Positions 55,565 through 61,986 of a DNA stretch of 61,986 nucleotides are shown piece by piece. The notes beneath the pieces were generated by a model. It was not told where the DNA came from, ran no database searches, and saw only the letters and a list, made by a program, of their open reading frames with translations. The stretch covers positions 1 to 61,986 of the forward strand of contig JBLMYI010000015.1 of NCBI GenBank assembly GCA_050258195.1. Reading direction: 5' to 3'. This DNA is from Actinomycetota bacterium. GTDB lineage: Bacteria; Desulfobacterota; Deferrimicrobia; Deferrimicrobiales; Deferrimicrobiaceae. The position numbers were made by a program, and so were the translations under genes. Position 1 is the first letter of the stretch. Each line of letters begins with the position of its first letter.

Positions 55565-56851
55565 GTGAGACCGGTCTACATGGTATCCGGCGGCGTGAGC
55601 AAGTTCGCGAAGGCCCGCCCGGACGCGACGTTCCAGAAGATCGTGAAGGAGTCGTTCGACTACGCGATGAACGACGTTCCGAAGCTCAAGCATTCCATGA
55701 TCGACGGGTCGGTGGTCTCCTACTTCTCCGACCACTTCACCCGCCAGCTCATGGCGGGGATCATGGCGACCGACTACCTGGGCCTGTGCCCGAAGCCGAA
55801 CAAGCGGATCGAGGGCGGCGGCGCGACGGGCGGACTCTGTTTCCAGGCGGGGTGGGAAGCGGTCGCCTCGGGGCGGATGAACGTCTGCGCGGCGTTCGGC
55901 TTCGAGACGATGTCCCACGTCCCGACGTGGAAGGGGAACGAGTTCATCGCCCTTGCATCCGACGTCAACTTCGACTACCCGGTCGGCGGGTTCTACTCCG
56001 GGTACTACGCGATGATGGTGAACCGGCACATGCACGAGTTCGGCACCACGGTCGAGCAGCTCGCGATGGTTTCGGTGAAGAACCACATGAACGCCTACGG
56101 CAACCCGTACGCCCAGAAGCGGCGCAAGCTTACGATCGCCGACGTGCGGAACTCCGCCATGGTCGCCTACCCGCTGACCCTTCTCGACATCTGCGTGATG
56201 TCCGACGGTGCGGCCACCTGCATCCTCGCCGACGAGGAGACGGCGTTCAAGCTCACGGACCATCCCGTGAAGATCACCGGCGTGGGGACGGGCACCGACA
56301 TGATGCGCATGTCGGATCGGCCGCACGGCGAGGTGCTGCTGGCACCGAACGAGAAGAAGAGCGACTACAGGAAGCTGAAATATCCCGGCGTCCACTCCTT
56401 CCGGGCCGGCCGCAGCGCGGGGCTCCAGGCGTACCGGATGGCGGGGATCACCGACCCACTGAAACAGATCGACTTCGTCGAACTCCATGACGCCTATACC
56501 TCCTCCGAAATCCAGACGTACGAGGACCTGGCGCTGTGCAAGTACGGCGACGGCGGGAAGTTCGTCGAGGCGGGATACCCCTTCATGCCGCAGATCGACT
56601 ACGGGATGAAGCTCCCGATGAAGGGGACGCTTCCGGTGAACCCCTCGGGGGGGCTGATCGCCTGCGGCCACCCGGTGGGAGCGACGGGACTCATGCAGGC
56701 CGTCTTCGCCTTCTGGCAGATCCAGGGGAGCATCAAGAAGCATTACGGAAACGGGGAACTTCAACTGAAGAAAGCCGATCGCGGACTGATCCACAGCCAC
56801 GCGGGCACGGGGACCTACGTCACCGTGTCGATCATGGAACGGGGGTGGTGA
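55565..56851 (+). CDS. thiolase-like protein (SCP-x / nonspecific lipid-transfer type thiolase)
   Basis: ORF 55565..56851 (GTG start). GGGATGG, NPSGGLIACGHPVGATG and thiolase C-terminal motifs. It is paired with a DUF35 gene. Confidence 0.82.
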   Translation: MRPVYMVSGGVSKFAKARPDATFQKIVKESFDYAMNDVPKLKHSMIDGSVVSYFSDHFTRQLMAGIMATDYLGLCPKPNKRIEGGGATGGLCFQAGWEAVASGRMNVCAAFGFETMSHVPTWKGNEFIALASDVNFDYPVGGFYSGYYAMMVNRHMHEFGTTVEQLAMVSVKNHMNAYGNPYAQKRRKLTIADVRNSAMVAYPLTLLDICVMSDGAATCILADEETAFKLTDHPVKITGVGTGTDMMRMSDRPHGEVLLAPNEKKSDYRKLKYPGVHSFRAGRSAGLQAYRMAGITDPLKQIDFVELHDAYTSSEIQTYEDLALCKYGDGGKFVEAGYPFMPQIDYGMKLPMKGTLPVNPSGGLIACGHPVGATGLMQAVFAFWQIQGSIKKHYGNGELQLKKADRGLIHSHAGTGTYVTVSIMERGW

Positions 56852-56853
56852 CC

Positions 56854-57402
56854 ATGACGAAGAAGAATCCGACGAAGCGGCCCGCGGCCTCTTCGAAGTT
56901 CGAGGAACTGATGACCGGGACGACGGTGTTCAACGTGCCGTTGCCGTCGGACCTGAAGGCGCTGAAAGGGATGTCCCCGATCGTCATCCGGCAGCCGTAC
57001 AGCATCGACTACATCCACTCCTACGGGCAGGATTCCCCCTTCTTCGCGGGACTCTCCAACAAGAAGCTTCTCGGTACGAAATGCCCGAAGTGCGACTACA
57101 CCTGGGCCACGCCCCGGCTGGCGTGCACGCAATGCGGGCGGGAGACCAAATGGGTGGAACTCCCCCTGACGGGAAGGGTGCACACCTTCACCACCTGCTA
57201 TTTCGGCGGCGAGGAGTTCCTGAAGGAAACCCCCTTCCACCTCGTGCTGGTGGAGTTCGACGGGGTCGACACGCTTTTCCTGTCCCGTCTACTCGGACCG
57301 GAGCAGCCGGAGGACATCCGGATCGGAATGAAGGTGAAGGCGAAGTTCCGCCGCAATTCCCAGCTGAAGCCGACCGATGTCTATTTCGTGCCCGCCGAGT
57401 AG
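56854..57402 (+). CDS. DUF35 family OB-fold/zinc-ribbon protein (thiolase partner)
   Basis: Within ORF 56536..57402. Start is ATG 56854. CPKCDYTWATPRLACTQCG is a rubredoxin-like ribbon, followed by an OB-fold region. Confidence 0.8.
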   Translation: MTKKNPTKRPAASSKFEELMTGTTVFNVPLPSDLKALKGMSPIVIRQPYSIDYIHSYGQDSPFFAGLSNKKLLGTKCPKCDYTWATPRLACTQCGRETKWVELPLTGRVHTFTTCYFGGEEFLKETPFHLVLVEFDGVDTLFLSRLLGPEQPEDIRIGMKVKAKFRRNSQLKPTDVYFVPAE

Positions 57403-57406
57403 GGGT

Positions 57407-58552
57407 ATGGAGTTCGTCCTGAACGACGAGCAGCAGGCGCTGCGGGACATGCTGCGAACGTTTGTGGCGAAGGAGGTGCGGCCGAAGGCGGGGGAGTGGG
57501 ACGCGTCGGCGGAGTTCCCCCGGGAAACGGTCGCGAAACTCGGTGAGCTCGGACTCCTCGGAGCGATGGTCCCCGAGGAGTACGGGGGATCCGGGATGGA
57601 CACGGTGAGCTACGCCGTCGCCGTCGAGGAGATCTCCAAGGGGGACGGCTCTCTCGGCCTGACGGTGGCGTCCCACAACTCCCTGTGCACCGCGCACATC
57701 CTGGGCTTCGGGTCGGAGGCGGTGAAGAGGAAATACCTTCCCGACCTGGCGTCCGGAAAGTCCCTCGGGGCCTGGGGCCTGACGGAGCCCGGTTCCGGTT
57801 CGGACTCCCTCGGGATGCGGACGAAGGCGGAATGGAAGAAGGACCGTTGGGTGATCAACGGGAGCAAGATGTTCATCACCCAGGGAAACGTCGCCGGGGT
57901 ATACGTGGTCCTCGCCGTCACGGACAGGGACAAAGGGAAGGACGGCGTCACCGCCTTCGTCTTCCCGTCCGGCACGAAGGGTCTCTCGATCGGGAAAAAG
58001 CTCCACAAGCTCGGGATGCGCTCCTCGGACACGGCCGAACTGGTCTTCGAGGATCTCGAGGTGGGGCCCGACGCCGTGGTGGGACAGGTCAATTCCGGAT
58101 TCCGCGACACGATGAAAAACCTCGCCGGGGGGCGGATCTCGATCGCCGCCCTCTCGGTGGGGATCGGCCTCGGCGCGATGCGGGAGGCGCTGGCCTATTC
58201 CAGGGAGAGGACGCAGTTCGGGAAGGCGGTGTCGGAGTTCCAGGCGATCCAGTGGATGTTCGCGGATATGGGGACCGAGCTCGAGGCCGCGGAGTTGATG
58301 ACCTTCCGGGCGGCGTGGCTCAGGGACGCCCGGCGTCCCTACACCCGGGAAGCCGCGATGGCCAAGCTGTACGCCTCCGAGGCCGCGATGCGGGCGACGA
58401 TCAAGGCGGTCCAGGTGTTCGGCGGGTACGGATACACGCAGGAGTATCCCGCGGAGCGGTACATGCGGGACGCCAAGCTGTGCGAGATCGGGGAAGGGAC
58501 CTCCGAGGTGCAGCGGATCATCATCGCGCGCGACCTGATCCGGAGCCACTGA
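57407..58552 (+). CDS. acyl-CoA dehydrogenase, paralog 3
   Basis: ORF 57377..58552. Start is ATG 57407 (MEFVLNDEQQALRDM). GLTEPGSGSDS, GGRISIAA and GEGTSEVQRIII motifs. Confidence 0.9.
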   Translation: MEFVLNDEQQALRDMLRTFVAKEVRPKAGEWDASAEFPRETVAKLGELGLLGAMVPEEYGGSGMDTVSYAVAVEEISKGDGSLGLTVASHNSLCTAHILGFGSEAVKRKYLPDLASGKSLGAWGLTEPGSGSDSLGMRTKAEWKKDRWVINGSKMFITQGNVAGVYVVLAVTDRDKGKDGVTAFVFPSGTKGLSIGKKLHKLGMRSSDTAELVFEDLEVGPDAVVGQVNSGFRDTMKNLAGGRISIAALSVGIGLGAMREALAYSRERTQFGKAVSEFQAIQWMFADMGTELEAAELMTFRAAWLRDARRPYTREAAMAKLYASEAAMRATIKAVQVFGGYGYTQEYPAERYMRDAKLCEIGEGTSEVQRIIIARDLIRSH

Positions 58553-58554
58553 CC

Positions 58555-59556
58555 GTGAACGCCGCCGGAAGGGAGATCCTCGCCGGGAATACCCGCGCCG
58601 CGGCGCGGCTGATGCGGGACCTCGACGACGAGATCCCGGCGGCGATCCGGACCCTGAAGGAGCTGTACCGGCACACGGGGCGCGCCTACATCCTCGGGGT
58701 GACGGGGGCGCCGGGCGCCGGGAAATCGACCCTGGTCAACCGGATCACCACGCACCTCCGGAAGCGCGGGATGTCTGTCGGGATCGTCGCGATCGACCCG
58801 ACGAGCCCGTATTCCGGCGGCGCCATCCTCGGTGACCGGATCCGGATGCAGGAGCACGCGCTCGACGAGGGGGTGTTCATCAAGAGCCTCGCCACCCGGG
58901 GACACCTGGGAGGCCTTTCCCGGTCCACCATCGACATCGTGAACGTCATGGACGCCATGGGAAAGGACGTCATCCTCATCGAGACGGTCGGCGTGGGGCA
59001 GGACGAGGTGGAGATCGTCAAGGTGGCGCACACGAACCTCGTGCTCGTCGTCCCGGGGCTTGGGGACGACATCCAGGCGATCAAGGCGGGGATCCTCGAG
59101 ATCGCCGACATCTTCGTCATCAACAAGGCGGACCGGGACGGAGCCGACAAAGCGAAGCGCGAGATAGAGACGATGGTGTCGATGAGCAACTTTACGGAGG
59201 GAGAGTGGAAGCCTCCGGTCCTCTTCGCCGTCGCGGCGACCGACCAGGGGACGGTGGAACTCATGGAGGCCGTGGGCCGGCACAAGGAATACATCTACCA
59301 GGAGGGGAACCTCTTCCGGTACCGCCGTGAAAAGGCGCGTGTCGAGCTTGTGGAGGTCCTCAAGACCCGGCTGATCGAAAAAGCCGTCTCGGATCTGGAT
59401 GCCCACGGGCTCCTCGACCCGCTGCTGGCCGACATGGCGGAGAAGCGGAAGGACCCGTACTCCATTTCGGAGAAGGTGGTCGACCACAGCTTCGCGTTCC
59501 ATTTCCTGAACGGCGGAAAGAAGGAATCGATCAAGGGAAAGGGGAACCCCCGATGA
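58555..59556 (+). CDS. meaB: methylmalonyl-CoA-mutase-associated G-protein chaperone (MeaB/ArgK family)
   Basis: Within ORF 57685..59556. Start is GTG 58555. GVTGAPGAGKSTL, DPTSPYSGGAILGDRIRM, ETVGVGQ and NKAD motifs. Confidence 0.9.
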   Translation: MNAAGREILAGNTRAAARLMRDLDDEIPAAIRTLKELYRHTGRAYILGVTGAPGAGKSTLVNRITTHLRKRGMSVGIVAIDPTSPYSGGAILGDRIRMQEHALDEGVFIKSLATRGHLGGLSRSTIDIVNVMDAMGKDVILIETVGVGQDEVEIVKVAHTNLVLVVPGLGDDIQAIKAGILEIADIFVINKADRDGADKAKREIETMVSMSNFTEGEWKPPVLFAVAATDQGTVELMEAVGRHKEYIYQEGNLFRYRREKARVELVEVLKTRLIEKAVSDLDAHGLLDPLLADMAEKRKDPYSISEKVVDHSFAFHFLNGGKKESIKGKGNPR

Positions 59557-60530
59557 CGAGCGGCCGGATCCGGACGGAGGGGGACGTGGAGTACCGGTTC
59601 ACCCACCCGGACGATTTCCGGGAGCATGTCCGCGACCGGAAAGGCCGAAGCCCCGTCCCGAAGCTGATGACGGCGAAGGAGGCGGTGTCCACGTTCGTAT
59701 CGGACGGGGATTACATCGTCTACGATTTCTCCAGCCTCACCCGCGGCCCGCAATCGTTGATCCGGGAGGTCATCCGGCAACGGAAGAAGGAGCTCTGGAT
59801 CGGCGCCGAATTCACGCTCCACGAGTCCCCGCTGCTGGTGGGCGCCGGGTGCGCCACCCGGATCGACGTCGGCTTTCTCGGGTACGGGAATTACATCGGG
59901 CAGGCGGTCTGCGACGGGCGCGTCAAGGCGTACGAGTGGACGAACGGGGGTCTCGCCCTCCGCATCCTCGCGGGCGCGCGCGGAGTGCCGTTCCTCCCGA
60001 CCCGGGACCTCCTCGGCTCCGACAATCTGAAGGTCTCCGCGGCGAGGACGATCACGGATCCGTACACGGGGGATCCGGTCTGTCTCGTCCCCGCCTTGAA
60101 TCCTGACGTCTCGTTTCTGCACGTCCACCAGGCGGACGCGTTCGGGAACGCGAGGATCTTCGGCACGAACCTGTTCGCCCTCGAGGCGGCGCTCGCCTCC
60201 TTCCGCGTGATCGTTTCGGCCGAGGAGATCATCGAGACCGAGGAGTTCCGGAAGGACCCGATGCGGACCACGGTCCCGTATTTCCTGGTCGACGCGGTGG
60301 TCCATGCCCCCTTCGGGGCGTATCCGGGCGCGATGCCGGCGCGCTACGAGATCGATCTCGAACACGTGGACCGCCTGAACGCCATCCGCACGGATGAGCA
60401 GATGGGGAAATATCTCGAGGAAAACATCTATTCGGTCGCCGACCACGAGGAGTTCCTCGACCTCCGTGTCGGGGCGAAACGGATGCGGGAGCTGCGCCGC
60501 CGCGCCACCATAATAGAGGGGTACCGATAA
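59553..60530 (+). CDS. CoA-transferase subunit A (glutaconate CoA-transferase GctA-like, family I)
   Basis: ORF 59553..60530. The start overlaps the meaB stop (ATGA). Similarity is at family level only; no diagnostic motif was checked. Confidence 0.75.
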   Translation: MTSGRIRTEGDVEYRFTHPDDFREHVRDRKGRSPVPKLMTAKEAVSTFVSDGDYIVYDFSSLTRGPQSLIREVIRQRKKELWIGAEFTLHESPLLVGAGCATRIDVGFLGYGNYIGQAVCDGRVKAYEWTNGGLALRILAGARGVPFLPTRDLLGSDNLKVSAARTITDPYTGDPVCLVPALNPDVSFLHVHQADAFGNARIFGTNLFALEAALASFRVIVSAEEIIETEEFRKDPMRTTVPYFLVDAVVHAPFGAYPGAMPARYEIDLEHVDRLNAIRTDEQMGKYLEENIYSVADHEEFLDLRVGAKRMRELRRRATIIEGYR

Positions 60531-60535
60531 CGGCA

Positions 60536-61342
60536 ATGCCGCGCACAATCGATTTCACCGACACGGAGTTCATGATCGCCCAGGGGGCCCGCCTGATCGA
60601 GGACGGCAAGACGATCTTCGTCGGATGGGGCATTCCGCAGGTGGTCGCCATGCTGGCGCAAAGGCTGTACGTCCCCAACGTGACCCAGCTGTTCGAGTTC
60701 GGCGCGATCGGGCCGCAATCCATCCTCCCCTTCGTCCGCGGAACGATGGGGGGGCCCCAGAACACGTACCGGTCGCTGCAGTGGCTCAACATGAACTGGG
60801 CCTTCTCTTACTCCGCCACGGGCTACATGGATTACGGGATGTTGGGGGCGCTCCAGGTCGACCCGTACGGCAACATCAACTCGACCCACCTCGGGGGAAC
60901 CTTCGCCCGCCCATCGCGCCGGTTCGCCGGGAGCGGCGGAGGGAACCAGGTGGCCTCGCACTGCTGGAAGACGATCATCGTCATCAAGCACGAGGGACGC
61001 CGTTTCGTCCCGAAGCTCGATTTCCTCACCTCCCCCGGATACCTCGACGGTCCGGGGGCCCGCGAGAAAACCGGGCTGCCCCGCGGTACGGGACCGCACC
61101 GCGTGGTCACCTCGAAGGCCCTCTTCGGATTCGACGAGGGGACCCGGAAGATGACCCTCCTGTCGGTCCTCCGGGGGGTTTCCGTGGAGGAGGTCGTGAA
61201 GGATATGGCGTTCCGCCCTCTCCTGGCGCCCGAGATCGGGGAGATCCCGCCGCCGACGGACGATGAACTCCGCGTGCTGCGCGAGGAGATCGACCCCGAC
61301 CGGTTCATCATCCGCGGGGAGAAGATGTCCGCAACCGGCTGA
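60536..61342 (+). CDS. CoA-transferase subunit B (GctB-like)
   Basis: ORF 60536..61342. Called subunit B from position directly after subunit A and its size; no diagnostic motif was checked. Confidence 0.75.
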   Translation: MPRTIDFTDTEFMIAQGARLIEDGKTIFVGWGIPQVVAMLAQRLYVPNVTQLFEFGAIGPQSILPFVRGTMGGPQNTYRSLQWLNMNWAFSYSATGYMDYGMLGALQVDPYGNINSTHLGGTFARPSRRFAGSGGGNQVASHCWKTIIVIKHEGRRFVPKLDFLTSPGYLDGPGAREKTGLPRGTGPHRVVTSKALFGFDEGTRKMTLLSVLRGVSVEEVVKDMAFRPLLAPEIGEIPPPTDDELRVLREEIDPDRFIIRGEKMSATG

Positions 61343-61354
61343 CCCCCCGGGACT

Positions 61355-61715
61355 CCCCCTTCGGCTGCGTCTCCTCGGAGGGCGGGGCTCCGTTCGTGGC
61401 TCGCCGTGCGATGAACCTGCACGGCTGCGCTCCGGCCTCCAAGGCTCCATTCCCTCAGATCCCGGCATTCGAGGCCCGCTGCATCCGCCCCGGCGTCGTT
61501 CCCCTCCCTCACCGTACCGCAGTGGGTACGCCTCGGTTGGGCGCCTCGCCGGATGCGGCTCATCGACCCTCTCGGTGCACGGCCTCTGCGGGAACGGAAC
61601 CCTGGAGGCCGGCCTCACTGTGCCCCCCGTTCTTCCTACGGCGGGGGTACCCCAGGGAGTGTAGTTAGTCCGGGAGTGGGGCGCCCCCCCTCCTCCGGCG
61701 ACTCCGCCGGAATTC
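61355..61715. repeat. long-form mosaic repeat in inverted orientation: R-module, core 61432..61612, and L-module with a variant hairpin loop
   Basis: Its reverse complement aligns with 40971..41345. TIRs are CCGGCCTCCAAGG (61432..61444) and CCCTGGAGGCCGG (61600..61612). Confidence 0.85.
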
Positions 61716-61773
61716 CGTGTCGACGCAACTGACACTATGTACCCGGACCCGTGCAGCAGGTTCCCGCCATCGA

Positions 61774-61789
61774 TGTAGAATATAGGACA
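61774..61789 (+). promoter_or_regulatory. TGT-N10-ACA dyad in an AT-rich patch (possible enhancer-binding-protein site)
   Basis: TGTagaatataggACA read directly. It lies about 115-130 nt upstream of the sigma54-like element. The motif carries little information. Confidence 0.25.
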
Positions 61790-61901
61790 TTTTTGTAGCA
61801 TCCCCGGGCCGAGCTTCCCCCTCTCCCTCCGCAGCGCCGCACCCGAATATCCCCTTTCCTTTCAAACTATTGCAACAGTGCATCCGACGGTTTTCCCCCG
61901 A

Positions 61902-61916
61902 TGGCACGGCCGATGC
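61902..61916 (+). promoter_or_regulatory. candidate sigma54 (-24/-12) promoter TGGCACGgccgATGCT
   Basis: Compared with the consensus TGGCACG-N4-TTGCW there is one mismatch. It lies about 45 nt upstream of ATG 61962, which has a GGAGGG SD. Confidence 0.45.
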
Positions 61917-61961
61917 TCTCCCCCGGGACGACGCGACATTTCATCTTCCCTGGAGGGCACC

Positions 61962-61986
61962 ATGAAGAAGCACGGCAAGATCACCC
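61962..61986 (+). CDS. 5' end of an unidentified CDS (MKKHGKIT...), truncated by the window edge
   Basis: ATG follows CTGGAGGGCACC. Only 8 codons are visible. Confidence 0.3.

Overview
This is a very GC-rich bacterial chromosomal window. I call about 61 protein genes and 2 tRNAs, and see no rRNA, CRISPR array, IS or transposase gene, prophage or recognisable defence system.

Layout:
- 1..34.7 kb is almost entirely one minus-strand housekeeping array: rluB, scpB, scpA, trpS, M50 protease, DHH-CBS-nucleotidyltransferase, xerD, phosphoesterase, glnD, amidase, mutS, HIT, ihfB, sppA, rpsA, ispH, cmk, aroA, tyrA, DAHP synthase, pheA, accA, miaA, mutL, pgi, class V FBP aldolase/phosphatase and an epimerase. 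Many junctions are 4-nt ATGA/GTGA/TTGA overlaps.
- tRNA-Cys and tRNA-Leu follow. The plus strand then carries a Liv-type ABC transporter, a thioesterase, glpX, an OorDABC-type 2-oxoacid:ferredoxin oxidoreductase and an XRE-cupin regulator.
- A MerR-headed cluster of about 14 kb for acyl-CoA metabolism closes the window: thiolase, hbd, crotonase, three acyl-CoA dehydrogenases, a corrinoid adenosyltransferase, a B12 acyl-CoA mutase with an isobutyryl-CoA-mutase-type active-site signature, an SCP-x thiolase with its DUF35 partner, MeaB and a two-subunit CoA-transferase.

The most unusual signal is non-coding. A modular (BIME/MITE-like) GC-rich repeat family fills most of the long intergenic spacers. 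It includes a 181-nt core bounded by perfect 13-bp inverted termini, present twice, and more divergent relatives in the rluB and mutS leaders. I cannot assign it to any family I know.

Other points worth a second look:
- a roughly 170-bp nested palindrome that overlaps a stop codon
- two genes (scpA and the oorD-like ferredoxin) whose conserved N-termini lie upstream of any ATG/GTG/TTG
- a truncated HgdB-like ORF
- a sigma54-type promoter candidate
- an AT-rich island inside the acyl-CoA operon

All homology calls are by eye from the translated ORFs. No database search was run.
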